64,000 nt of DNA from contig DUTP01000005.1 of NCBI GenBank assembly GCA_012842045.1, positions 77,430-141,429 of the forward strand, written 5' to 3'. The position numbers and the translations under genes were made by a program. Shown in pieces: positions 20,093-29,601 of this stretch (position 1 is the stretch's first letter; each line of letters starts with the position of its first letter). The notes under the pieces are model-generated. The model had not been told where the DNA came from. It did no database searches and saw only the letters and a list, made by a program, of their open reading frames with translations. This DNA comes from Candidatus Dojkabacteria bacterium (GTDB lineage: Bacteria > Patescibacteriota > Dojkabacteria > SC72).

Positions 20093-21818
20093 TTTTGATT
20101 TTTTGTAAAACTTTAGTTACTTCTTGTAGCTTACTTAAAGCATGAGCTTTTTCATCTTCTTTTTCAAGTTCTTCACTTATACTAATTTGAGAAGCTAGGT
20201 TTTTTTGTATACCTTCATAGTAAGTTACCCTAATTCTTTTCATCGTTTGGTGAATATCTTCTGCTATGTCTTGTTGCTCTGTTGGTAGAGTTTTAGCATT
20301 GAAAATCATGTCTTCAAGTAATGGAGCTACATGAGCATCAGTACTTAGTTCTTCAAAAAGTTTTGTTCTATTAATTTTTGGTAAATTCTTCTTTATAGTT
20401 AAATATATTTTCTTAAGATGTTTATCTGTAATGTATTTTGAGTCGAGGATGAAGGAGTCTTCGATTTTTTCTACAAAGAGTAATAGTTGAATGTAACGAG
20501 TTGTTAAGTCTTCAGTTTTAGACCTTTTAATCTTTTTTGTCTCTGTCTTTTTATCTTTATAATTAGGCTTACTATCAATGATTTTTTCATCATCTAGTTG
20601 TATTCCTGTAACTCTGTAAAGCTTTTTCAAGTAGAGGTTTTTAGTATTTCTATCTTTCACAGAGTCAAGAATCGGTTTAATTTCTTTTCTAATTGTATTA
20701 ACATCACTTAATTTGTTCATATCTTTTCCTTTTGTGATCTCTGCAAGTATGTAGGAAAATGCTTCTTTCTTTTCTTTTATTATTTTTTCGAATTTCTCTG
20801 GTTCTTTTTGTAGCAGGTCATCAATATCTTTGTATGGTGCAGTACTTGCTGCATACGGATTCATACTTAGTTCTGAGGCTAAGATGAAACCTCGAATAAG
20901 TGCTTGTTGACCAGCCCTGTCAGAGTCAAAAAGGAAGAGTATATTCTTAGTGAGAGGTATGATGGATTCTAATTGTTTGGATGTGAGACTAGTTCCTAGT
21001 GGAGCTACTACATTTTTAACTCCATGTTGGTGTGCTGAGATAACATCGGTAGAACCTTCGCTTATTATAGCGAGGTCTGATTTTCTCATTTCTTGTCTTG
21101 ATTCGTATTGTGCAAAAAGATTATATGACTTATGAAATATTGGTGTCTCGGGAGAGTTCATATATTTAGGGCCATATTCATTTGTACCACTCTGTCTTGC
21201 TGTAAAAGCTATTACATCTCCTTTTCTAGATCTAATTGGAAACATTATCCTGTCAAAGAACTTCTCTCTTAATACACCATTTTTTTCTACAAATAGTCCT
21301 GTTTGAAGAAGCGTTCCCTTACTGTATGCACCTGATTTTTTAACTTGTTCTAGAAGTTTTGGGTATTTTGGTGAGTATCCAATTGCAAAATTCTTAATTG
21401 ATTCTCTGTTTATACCTCTGTTTAATACATATTCAAGAGCAGTTTTATCTCTTAGTAATGCATTGTAGTAATATTTCGTTGCTATGTAGTGAATATCTTT
21501 TAATTCTTTATACTTTTTGTTTCCTTGGGTCTTTTTTAACTGAACTCCTGCCACTTTTGCTAGCTTTTCTAAAGCTTCTACAAAATCAATATGTTCTATC
21601 TCTTGCAGAAAGTTAAATATGTCTCCAGATTTACCACAACCAAAACACTTGTATCTTTGAATATCTGGACTGACAATGAAAGATGGGGTTTTTTCTTTGT
21701 GAAAAGGGCATAGACCTGAGAAGTTTTTTCCTGCTTGTTTTAAGTGAACATATTTCTGAACAACTTGGACAATATCTACCTTATCTTTAATTTCTTCTAT
21801 CTGATTGTTAGGCTCCAT
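20085..21818 (-). CDS. dnaG: DNA primase
   Basis: CHC2 zinc finger CPFHKEKTPSF...CFGCG, TOPRIM (EGSTDV...DSDRAGQ), C-terminal helicase-interaction region. Confidence 0.85.
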   Translation of the reverse strand: MEPNNQIEEIKDKVDIVQVVQKYVHLKQAGKNFSGLCPFHKEKTPSFIVSPDIQRYKCFGCGKSGDIFNFLQEIEHIDFVEALEKLAKVAGVQLKKTQGNKKYKELKDIHYIATKYYYNALLRDKTALEYVLNRGINRESIKNFAIGYSPKYPKLLEQVKKSGAYSKGTLLQTGLFVEKNGVLREKFFDRIMFPIRSRKGDVIAFTARQSGTNEYGPKYMNSPETPIFHKSYNLFAQYESRQEMRKSDLAIISEGSTDVISAHQHGVKNVVAPLGTSLTSKQLESIIPLTKNILFLFDSDRAGQQALIRGFILASELSMNPYAASTAPYKDIDDLLQKEPEKFEKIIKEKKEAFSYILAEITKGKDMNKLSDVNTIRKEIKPILDSVKDRNTKNLYLKKLYRVTGIQLDDEKIIDSKPNYKDKKTETKKIKRSKTEDLTTRYIQLLLFVEKIEDSFILDSKYITDKHLKKIYLTIKKNLPKINRTKLFEELSTDAHVAPLLEDMIFNAKTLPTEQQDIAEDIHQTMKRIRVTYYEGIQKNLASQISISEELEKEDEKAHALSKLQEVTKVLQKIKNE

Positions 21819-21860
21819 TTGATTGATTATATCATTTAGAGCAGTATTTTCCTCTTTTAA

Positions 21861-22790
21861 CTATTTACACTCTAATGAATTCTCAACGATGACACATTCC
21901 ATATCTACAACACCTTTAGATGAGGATGTAGGTAATTGGATTTCTTTCTCATTAAAATACAGTTTGGTATTACTAATTCTTCCAGATATGATATGCAACT
22001 TGTTTTGAATTTCAAACTCTTTTTTAGTCGGTTCTAATACTTGTGCAATTACATTTACATCGTCAATATCAAGTTTTATCCAAGTAGCTGTCTCAAAAAT
22101 CTCTAAAACCACCTTATTAATCTTCACTTCTTCGGGTTTCTCTTCTTCATTTTTTGGAATATATGTAATATTTAATGTCTCAACAGTTTCAAGAATATTG
22201 TTGTTATTCTTCTGTGCTTTGATAGTAACAAGATTCCTTCCTTCTGTTAGTGTTATCTCTTTTTCAAAATTTCCTTCATCATCTACATCCGTACTGATAT
22301 CATTAATCTGGATAACGATGCCTTTTTCCGTCTTCCCTTTGATTGTAATCTTCTCGTTTTCCACTGTACTTTCCTTAGGTGGTTCAAATATTTCTAGCTT
22401 TGGAGGTGTTTGGAATTTGTATATTTGAGATATTATGTATCCTGCAATGAGTAATGTGAAAAGTGATACTAGAATGATAACAACAGTTTTTGGTGTGATG
22501 ACTAGTTTTTTTCTTTCTATTTTTTGTGGTGTTTTTTGTATCTCTTTCTCTGTACTTACAGGATTAGTTCTTCTGTAGAGTGCTAGGATTTTCTTAATAT
22601 CCAATCCTAGATACTTTGCATATATTTTGATGAAGCCTGTAAGGAAGACTTCTGATTGAAAAGGTGTGAATATGTTTTTTTCAATTGATTGGAGAAATCT
22701 TTTTTGTATTTTAGTATCAGCAGAGGCTTTCTCTAAGCTAATTCTTAATCTTTCTCTTTTGTTTTTTAATACTTCTCCTACTGTTATCAT
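21861..22790 (-). CDS. rodZ: RodZ-like protein (N-terminal HTH, TM, C-terminal beta-rich domain)
   Basis: XRE-type HTH (ITVGEVLKNKRERLRISLEKASADTKI), TM (VVIILVSLFTLLIAGYII), extracytoplasmic C-terminal domain. Confidence 0.55.
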   Translation of the reverse strand: MITVGEVLKNKRERLRISLEKASADTKIQKRFLQSIEKNIFTPFQSEVFLTGFIKIYAKYLGLDIKKILALYRRTNPVSTEKEIQKTPQKIERKKLVITPKTVVIILVSLFTLLIAGYIISQIYKFQTPPKLEIFEPPKESTVENEKITIKGKTEKGIVIQINDISTDVDDEGNFEKEITLTEGRNLVTIKAQKNNNNILETVETLNITYIPKNEEEKPEEVKINKVVLEIFETATWIKLDIDDVNVIAQVLEPTKKEFEIQNKLHIISGRISNTKLYFNEKEIQLPTSSSKGVVDMECVIVENSLECK

Positions 22791-22842
22791 AGTTGTATTC
22801 TACTACTATTTGTTGTTATTAGAAAGGTTGAGGGTTTATGCA

Positions 22843-22866
22843 AGGCTTATAGCGTGGTATGGTATA
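22843..22866 (+). promoter_or_regulatory. Conserved 24-nt promoter-like motif AGGCTTATAGCGTGGTATGGTATA (copy 1), containing extended -10 TGGTATGGT
   Basis: Near-identical to 25297..25320 (22 of 24 nt). Confidence 0.35.
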
Positions 22867-22897
22867 GATAGGGTATAAGGAATTAGAATTTGGGGAA

Positions 22898-22920
22898 GGC
22901 TCTTAAATGAGCCCTTTTTT
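22898..22920 (+). terminator. Hairpin GGCTC-ttaaat-GAGCC followed by CTTTTTT, oriented to terminate a plus-strand transcript; overlaps the ftsK stop codon
   Basis: Seen directly. No T-run follows in the minus-strand orientation. Confidence 0.35.
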
Positions 22921-25180
22921 AATATTCATCCTCTACATCGCCACCTAAGATCTCGGAAACATCTTCTACCAAGACTTTTCTAGGTTTAGAACCATCTTGA
23001 GGGCCAATAGCACCTGCGTCATAGAGCTGGTCTATTAATCTAGCAGCTTTGTTGTACCCAATCTTCATCTTCCTTTGTAGGAATGAAGCAGAAGCTTTTT
23101 GAGTAAGTACTACAACTTCTAATGCTTTCTCAAAATCAGGGTCTCTTTCATTCTCTGAACCTAATGCTCCTCCATCGGTACCTTTTTCAATTGCATCTGT
23201 TAGAGCGGTAGAGTACTCAGGTTCACTATCTTTTACTTGCTCCTTGATTGCATTAACAATGCTTTCTGTGTCTCCAGTTGATGTGTAAGTTCCTTGTATT
23301 CTAATTGGTTTAGGAGTTGTTTGGTCTTTGTAAAGCATATCTCCACTACCTAGTAGTGTTTCTGCACCAGCTTCGTCAAGTATGACTCTGGAGTCCATTA
23401 AGGTTGAAACAGCAAAGGCCATTCTTCCAGGAATGTTTGACTTAATTAGTCCTGTAATGACGTCAACCGTTGGTTTCTGTGTTGCTAGTATTAAGTGGAT
23501 ACCAACGGCTCTTCCCATCTGTGCTAATCTCTGTATCTTAGTTTCAACTTCTATCCCTGAGGTGAGCATAAGGTCTGCCATCTCGTCGATTACTACAACA
23601 ATATATGGCATTGCTACATACCCCATTTTCGCATTGTATTCAGCTAGTTTCTTTGCGTGTACTTGTTTTAGTTGTGTATACCTTTTCATCATTTCTCCAA
23701 TTGTCCATTCCAATGCATTGGTAACAAGAGCAGAATCAGTTATTACAGGTGTAAGTAAGTGTGGAATACCATTATACATACCCATCTCTACACCCATTTT
23801 AGGGTCTACTAGAATGAATTTAACTTCATCTGGTGTTTTTGTCATCAAAAGTCCTGTTAGTAAGGAGTTAATAGCTACAGACTTACCAGTACCTGTTGCT
23901 CCTGCTACCAATAGGTGAGGTATCTTTCCTAAGTCCGTTATCATTGTTTTTCCGGTAATATCTTTCCCTAGTATTAAAGGTAGTTCATACTTATCTACCT
24001 CTGGTCTAAGTTTCTTAATCATATCTCTTGTGTAAACAAAGTTTGGAGTAGGGTTTGGTACTTCAATACCTACATATGGTGTACCTGGTATTGGGGCTTC
24101 AATTCTAATAGATGCTGTTTGAGAAGCTAATGCTAGTGCTAAGTCGTTACTTAAACTCTTTACTCTTGAGACTTTAGTTCCTGTACTTATGCTTAAGGAG
24201 AATCTTAAAACAGTTGGACCTACTGCAATCGAAACTACTTTGGCTTGTATACCGAAGTTCATTAGAGTTCTTTGTATGATTAAAGCCTTCTCTTTGTAAA
24301 GTTTAGCATCTTGTTTATGAACCTCTTTTTCTTGCAACAAGCTTATATCAGGAAAAACCCAGTCTGTGTATTTTGGTTGTTGTGGCTGTTCATCCTTAGT
24401 ATCTTTAACTACTTCCCCCTCAAGTTCAATATCTTCTTCATTCTTCTTCTCTCGATGTAAAATTTCGTCGATTTTCTTCTCTATATCAACAGTTTCTTCC
24501 ATTTCTGGTTCTTCTGGTACGTCACTTACAGCCTCTCCACTTATCTTGATATCATCCTCTTTTTTGCTAATTCTAAGCCTCTCTAGGACTGATTGTAATA
24601 CGGAAGGTTTCTCAGTCAGGTCTTCTTTTTGAGGCTCTGGTATTGATCCTTCAATGAAATCTCTTATTTGCTCAATTGTAGTTCCTGTAATTAAGGAGAA
24701 TGCAAGGATTAAGAAGATAATAACCACAAGGATCTCGATTAGGTTGCCAAGAACACCGTTTAGGGATGTGTGTAGTAATTTGCCTAACTCTCCCCCAGCA
24801 CCTCTTAAAGCGTCAGGGTTTGTGTATTGTTCTGGGTTTTGCCAGAACGACAGAAGAATAGATATGCAGAGTGAAAAGAAGAGTATACCTACAGCTTGTT
24901 TTGCTGATACAAATTTTTTGTTTTTGAATAGTAGGAAGAAAGAAGTATATATTAATAGTATACCCCATGGTATTGCTCCATACCCTAGAAGTAAGGAAAC
25001 TTTGGCAAAAAGAGTTGCTTGGTCTTGAATAAATGGAGATATTAACACAGCTATTCCACCTACAAAAAGTATTGTACCAAAGAGTATTTTGGTCTCACTG
25101 CTTTTAATTGTTAGCTTTTCTTTTTTCTTCTTTGTTGCCATGTATGTAAATATCATAATGGATAGTAGTGGATATTTCAA
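22919..25180 (-). CDS. ftsK: DNA translocase FtsK/SpoIIIE
   Basis: N-terminal 4-5 TM helices, linker, Walker A VAGATGTGKS, C-terminal gamma winged-helix (ASFLQRKMKIGYNKAARLIDQL). Confidence 0.9.
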   Translation of the reverse strand: MKYPLLSIMIFTYMATKKKKEKLTIKSSETKILFGTILFVGGIAVLISPFIQDQATLFAKVSLLLGYGAIPWGILLIYTSFFLLFKNKKFVSAKQAVGILFFSLCISILLSFWQNPEQYTNPDALRGAGGELGKLLHTSLNGVLGNLIEILVVIIFLILAFSLITGTTIEQIRDFIEGSIPEPQKEDLTEKPSVLQSVLERLRISKKEDDIKISGEAVSDVPEEPEMEETVDIEKKIDEILHREKKNEEDIELEGEVVKDTKDEQPQQPKYTDWVFPDISLLQEKEVHKQDAKLYKEKALIIQRTLMNFGIQAKVVSIAVGPTVLRFSLSISTGTKVSRVKSLSNDLALALASQTASIRIEAPIPGTPYVGIEVPNPTPNFVYTRDMIKKLRPEVDKYELPLILGKDITGKTMITDLGKIPHLLVAGATGTGKSVAINSLLTGLLMTKTPDEVKFILVDPKMGVEMGMYNGIPHLLTPVITDSALVTNALEWTIGEMMKRYTQLKQVHAKKLAEYNAKMGYVAMPYIVVVIDEMADLMLTSGIEVETKIQRLAQMGRAVGIHLILATQKPTVDVITGLIKSNIPGRMAFAVSTLMDSRVILDEAGAETLLGSGDMLYKDQTTPKPIRIQGTYTSTGDTESIVNAIKEQVKDSEPEYSTALTDAIEKGTDGGALGSENERDPDFEKALEVVVLTQKASASFLQRKMKIGYNKAARLIDQLYDAGAIGPQDGSKPRKVLVEDVSEILGGDVEDEY

Positions 25181-25296
25181 AGGTTTGATTGTTTAGATAA
25201 TGTCTAAATATTATAATCACACATACTAATTTTAAAAACATCAATCTTAAATGGAGTATATTGCAGCTAGAGCACTGCTTTTCAGTATGGACCGAG

Positions 25297-25320
25297 AGGC
25301 TTATAGTGTGGTATAATATA
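25297..25320 (+). promoter_or_regulatory. Conserved 24-nt motif copy 2 AGGCTTATAGTGTGGTATAATATA (extended -10 TGGTATAAT at 25309-25317)
   Basis: Duplicate of 22843..22866. Lies ~180 nt upstream of the plus-strand gene at 25495. Confidence 0.4.
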
Positions 25321-25395
25321 AGTAGATATCTAGTGATAGATATATTGCTCTTTAAAAAGACAAAGGTTGCATTCTCTTAAATATATTTGTTTTTC

Positions 25396-25446
25396 CTATG
25401 CTACATAGAGTTCTTAATCTAATGTTGAGGGTTGTATGTAGCATAG
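25396..25446 (+). promoter_or_regulatory. Perfect 12-bp stem (CTATGCTACATA / TATGTAGCATAG) with a 27-nt loop in the 5' leader of the gene at 25495
   Basis: Seen directly. The loop contains GTTGAGGGTTG, which also occurs at 22828-22840. Confidence 0.4.
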
Positions 25447-25494
25447 CTATAAAACAAAAAATATATCCCTAATAGGGAGAAAGAGGAAATTAAA

Positions 25495-25977
25495 ATGGAA
25501 GAAAAAAAGAAAGAAAATTATTTTACTAGGTTTGTCAAGGAGCGTTGGAGAGCATCTTGGCAATATATTCTTGTATGTCTCCTCTTCGTTTTGTTGGCAT
25601 GGTTGGAAACGAAAGTTCCCCTAATCGCCTATATACATATGTATATATTTTTTGCAGGAGTAATCCTTTTCGTTTTAGGTTTGTTGTGTGTTTTCGTGCT
25701 TGCCAGGCTTATTGATGCTCACTGGTATTTAGACCAGTCAGTGATTTTGCGATATAGGGAGGATAAAAGTTATGAAAACTACGAGAGGCTTCTGAAGACT
25801 ATATTCATATGGAGCACATATGCTCTAAGTGGTATCCTGGTGATGTGGCAATTCACTAAGTGGTATTGGACCTTCGTTGTAACCGACAAGCCTGTCGTGC
25901 TTGTTGGAATTGTTTGGTTTGCAATTATGTCGTCCTTTCTGGCCTGCCTCATCATCTTATGGTGGAAGGAGAGATAG
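25495..25977 (+). CDS. Hypothetical membrane protein (160 aa, about four TM helices)
   Basis: ORF with hydrophobic helices; Trp-rich. Confidence 0.4.
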   Translation: MEEKKKENYFTRFVKERWRASWQYILVCLLFVLLAWLETKVPLIAYIHMYIFFAGVILFVLGLLCVFVLARLIDAHWYLDQSVILRYREDKSYENYERLLKTIFIWSTYALSGILVMWQFTKWYWTFVVTDKPVVLVGIVWFAIMSSFLACLIILWWKER

Positions 25978-26003
25978 ATAGCTTTTCCTTTGTCTTAGTA
26001 GTG

Positions 26004-26041
26004 GGACTCCTAAATTTGTTTTTTAACACTTAGGAGTCCTG
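26004..26041 (+). promoter_or_regulatory. Perfect 10-bp inverted repeat GGACTCCTAA...TTAGGAGTCC (16-nt T-rich loop) downstream of the 25495 gene and upstream of rpoB
   Basis: Seen directly. No 3' U-tract after the stem. Confidence 0.3.
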
Positions 26042-26235
26042 CTCAAATATTCTAACTCTCTAAAAATCCTAAAATATCCTACTAAATCGTTGACTTTACA
26101 TATATTATGTGGTAAACTTCCGAAAGTCGCTTGATTTTTTGATCAAAAAAGTGGTAACACAAAAGTCTTTTCTTTATGTTTTGTGGTTATCGCTTATCAA
26201 GTAAAATGTTATAACATAACCAAACAATTTACCCT

Positions 26236-29200
26236 ATGTTAAAACCTAAAACTAATCACTCTGGTAGGTTAAATTTGGGTCTTGAGTACTCCGGAGAGTT
26301 TGAGTTCCCAAATTTAATAGAAGCCCAGATTAATTCCTTTGAGGCTTTTAAGAAAGATGGTTTCCAAGAGATCTTTAATGAGATTAGCCCCGTTAAAGAT
26401 AATATGGAAAAGATGTGGACTCTGGAATTTAAAGATTTTAGATATGGAGATCCATATAGAGATATAGATGAGGCGATTAAGAAGGGTCTTTCCTACGAAG
26501 TTCCTGTTTATGCAACAGTCCAGTTAATGAATAATAAAACTGGAGAGATAAAGGAGCAAGAGATTTTTATTGCAGATTTACCAATAATGACAGACGATGG
26601 TGTCTTTGTTTTTAATGGTGTAAGAAGGGTTGTTACCCACCAAATTGTTAGGGCGGAGGGTGTTTTGTATGAAGAGGCAGACAGATTGCCTATGAGGACT
26701 CTTTACAAAGCAAGGTTGATGCCTGGCCAGGGTCCATGGTATGAGATAGATACAAACAGACATAGTGTAATCTCTATGAGAATTCTTCCAAAGAGACCTA
26801 AAGTTTTGATAACAGAGCTTTTAAGGGTGTTTGGTTGGGAAACAGATGAGGAGATTAAAAAGCTGTTTACTGATGTTGATACACATGAAGAGTATAAATA
26901 TATTGAAGCTACACTTGCCAGAGATTTTACAAAGAGTAAAGAAGAAGCAGTGATCAGTATTTACAACAAATTAAGACCAGACGAGTCTGTCACATTAGAA
27001 AGTGCAGAGAGATATGTTAAGAGTAACTTCTTTAATGTGAGAAAGTTTAATCTTGGTAAAATTGGTAGGTACCAATTAAATAGAAAGCTTGGTACCACAT
27101 ATGATGTTAACAATCCAGAACAGGCAGTTTTCTATGCTAGTGATATGGTTTTGATTATTAAGAGGTTAATTCAGCTAAATAATGGAGAAGTACAGCCTGA
27201 TGATATTGATCACCTTTCTAACAGGAGAATTAGGAGCGTAGGTGAGATATTAGCAAGGCAGTTAAATGGTGCTGTCAGGAGATTGGAAAAGAATATTAAA
27301 GATAAGATGAGTTTGTATGGCCAGGATTCAAAAGTCACACCTTCTATGTTGGTAAGTACAAAACCTATTTCAGCATCTATTCAATCATTCTTTGGTTCAA
27401 ACGCCTTGTCTACATTTATGGATCAAGTAAATGTGTTGGCGGAATTGGAGAACAAGAGGAAGGTTACTGCAGGTGGTCCTGGTGGTATTGCAAAGGAAAG
27501 GGCTACTTTCTCAATTAGAGAGGTTCATAACTCACATTATTCTAAGTTTGACCCAGTAACCAGTCCAGAATCTGCAAGTATTGGTGTTGTTGTGCAGTTA
27601 GCAATGTTAGCCAGGATAAATGAATATGGTTTTTTAGAGGCTCCTTACAGAGAAATCCGACATAAGGTTGGTAATAATAAAAAGGAGTTATTGAATAGAA
27701 TTTTATCTGAAGATATCAAGAAAATTGCTAAAGCTGGTGATTTCGTAGATGAAAAGTTAGCAGAAAAGATTATCAAGGAGAAGAGTGTTAAAGAGATTTC
27801 TGTTAAACCTTTTGTTACAGAGAATGTAGAGTATCTTGATGCTATGGATGAGGAGAATTTTAGAATTTCTTCAGCAACAATAGCAAAGGATGAGTATGGA
27901 AATATTACAGATACACTTTTGCCTATTAGGTATAAAGGAGAATTTCTTCTTGAAGATGCTTCTAGTGTAAACTATATAGATGCACTTGCTGGTCAGCAAG
28001 CTGGTCTTGGTATGGCTTTGATTCCTTTTATTTCTCACAATGATGCTATGAGAGCATTGACAGGAGCAAACCAGCAAAGACAGGCAGTTCCTCTTGTTAA
28101 ACAAGAAGCTCCTTTAATAGGAACAGGAATGGAAGAGGTTGTTGCAAGACAGTCTATTTGGGGTGTATTTGCCAAAGAAGCAGGAGAAGTTCTTTCTGTT
28201 GACGCTAACAAAGTGACTGTTAAGTATGAAAAAGAGGGTGTTGAGGATTACAAATTGACCTCTTTCTATAGAAGTAACGATAACACCTGTTTTGTACAGA
28301 AACCCATTTTGAATGTAGGTGATAAATTTAAGAAAGGTGATGCTATTGTTGATGGGCCAACTATGGTGAATGGAGAGATTTCTATTGGTACAAACCTAAG
28401 AGCAGCATTAATGTTCTTTGAAGGTTACAACTATGAAGACTCCGTTATCATTTCAGATAGGATTGTAAAGGATGACCTTTTAACCTCTATTAATATTAGA
28501 GAACATACTGTAGATATTAGAGATACAGAACTTGGACCCGAGATAATTACTGCAGATATTCCACATGTTAATGACAGAATATTACAGAAATTAGATGCAG
28601 AAGGTATTGTAATGTCTGGTACTCAGGTTAAATCAGGAGATATTCTTGTTGGAGTTGTTGCACCTAGAGGAGAGAAAGAGTTGACAGCAGAAGAAAGATT
28701 GTTAAGAGCAATCTTTGGAGAATCTGCAAGTGATGTTAGGGATAACTCACTAAGAGTTCCCCACGGAGAAGGTGGTATTGTAATTAGAAGTATTGTGCTT
28801 TCTGCAGATAAAGGAGATAAATTAGCACCAGGTGTTTTGCATCAGGTGAAAGTTTGGGTTGCAGAAACAAAGAAGATTGGTTTTGGAGATAAGATTGCAG
28901 GTCGACACGGAGATAAGAATACAATTGCAGCTGTCAGACCTGTTGAAGATATGCCTTTCACAGAAGATGGAGAACCTGTTGATATTATCCTAACTCCAAC
29001 ATTCCTTAAAAGAATGAATATGGCACAAGCTACAGAGGTTCATTTTGCTAAATATGCACACGACTTAGGTGTCAAGTTTGCTTTCCCAATATTTGAGGGT
29101 GAAAACATGGAGTGGTTAGAAGCAGAGATGAAGAAGCATGGTAAAAATATGGACCAGAGAGTAGACCTTTACGATGGTAGAACTGGTAAGAAGTTCCCAA

Positions 29201-29601
29201 GTAAGGTTACCGTAGGTATGAAATATGTTCTTAAACTCAAACATATTGCAGATGAGAAGGTACATGCAAGATCTACAGGACCATACACTGCAGTATCTCA
29301 ACAGCCACTTGGTGGGAAAGCACAGATGGGTGGACAGAGATTTGGGGAAATGGAAGTCTGGGCACTAGAAGCTCACAGTGCTCCTTATGCACTACAAGAA
29401 ATGCTTACAATTAAATCAGATGATATCAAGGGAAGATCATCTGCATACAAAGCTATTATCCATGGGGATAAGATAGAGAATGTAAATGTCCCTGAATCAT
29501 TCAAAGTCTTAGTCAAAGAACTAAATGCACTTTGTTTGAATATTGATTTAATTTCAAACCAAACAGAAGAAGAGGAGGTTGTAGAAAATGAGGACAAGTA
29601 A
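26236..29601 (+). CDS. rpoB: DNA-directed RNA polymerase subunit beta
   Basis: 1121 aa with conserved RpoB blocks throughout. Confidence 0.95.
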   Translation: MLKPKTNHSGRLNLGLEYSGEFEFPNLIEAQINSFEAFKKDGFQEIFNEISPVKDNMEKMWTLEFKDFRYGDPYRDIDEAIKKGLSYEVPVYATVQLMNNKTGEIKEQEIFIADLPIMTDDGVFVFNGVRRVVTHQIVRAEGVLYEEADRLPMRTLYKARLMPGQGPWYEIDTNRHSVISMRILPKRPKVLITELLRVFGWETDEEIKKLFTDVDTHEEYKYIEATLARDFTKSKEEAVISIYNKLRPDESVTLESAERYVKSNFFNVRKFNLGKIGRYQLNRKLGTTYDVNNPEQAVFYASDMVLIIKRLIQLNNGEVQPDDIDHLSNRRIRSVGEILARQLNGAVRRLEKNIKDKMSLYGQDSKVTPSMLVSTKPISASIQSFFGSNALSTFMDQVNVLAELENKRKVTAGGPGGIAKERATFSIREVHNSHYSKFDPVTSPESASIGVVVQLAMLARINEYGFLEAPYREIRHKVGNNKKELLNRILSEDIKKIAKAGDFVDEKLAEKIIKEKSVKEISVKPFVTENVEYLDAMDEENFRISSATIAKDEYGNITDTLLPIRYKGEFLLEDASSVNYIDALAGQQAGLGMALIPFISHNDAMRALTGANQQRQAVPLVKQEAPLIGTGMEEVVARQSIWGVFAKEAGEVLSVDANKVTVKYEKEGVEDYKLTSFYRSNDNTCFVQKPILNVGDKFKKGDAIVDGPTMVNGEISIGTNLRAALMFFEGYNYEDSVIISDRIVKDDLLTSINIREHTVDIRDTELGPEIITADIPHVNDRILQKLDAEGIVMSGTQVKSGDILVGVVAPRGEKELTAEERLLRAIFGESASDVRDNSLRVPHGEGGIVIRSIVLSADKGDKLAPGVLHQVKVWVAETKKIGFGDKIAGRHGDKNTIAAVRPVEDMPFTEDGEPVDIILTPTFLKRMNMAQATEVHFAKYAHDLGVKFAFPIFEGENMEWLEAEMKKHGKNMDQRVDLYDGRTGKKFPSKVTVGMKYVLKLKHIADEKVHARSTGPYTAVSQQPLGGKAQMGGQRFGEMEVWALEAHSAPYALQEMLTIKSDDIKGRSSAYKAIIHGDKIENVNVPESFKVLVKELNALCLNIDLISNQTEEEEVVENEDK

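Noticed and set aside
26134-26149. TTTTTTGATCAAAAAA perfect palindrome upstream of rpoB as a regulatory operator
   Set aside because: Contains a GATC but there is no supporting context. AT-rich palindromes are frequent in this low-GC sequence, so it is too weak to call.
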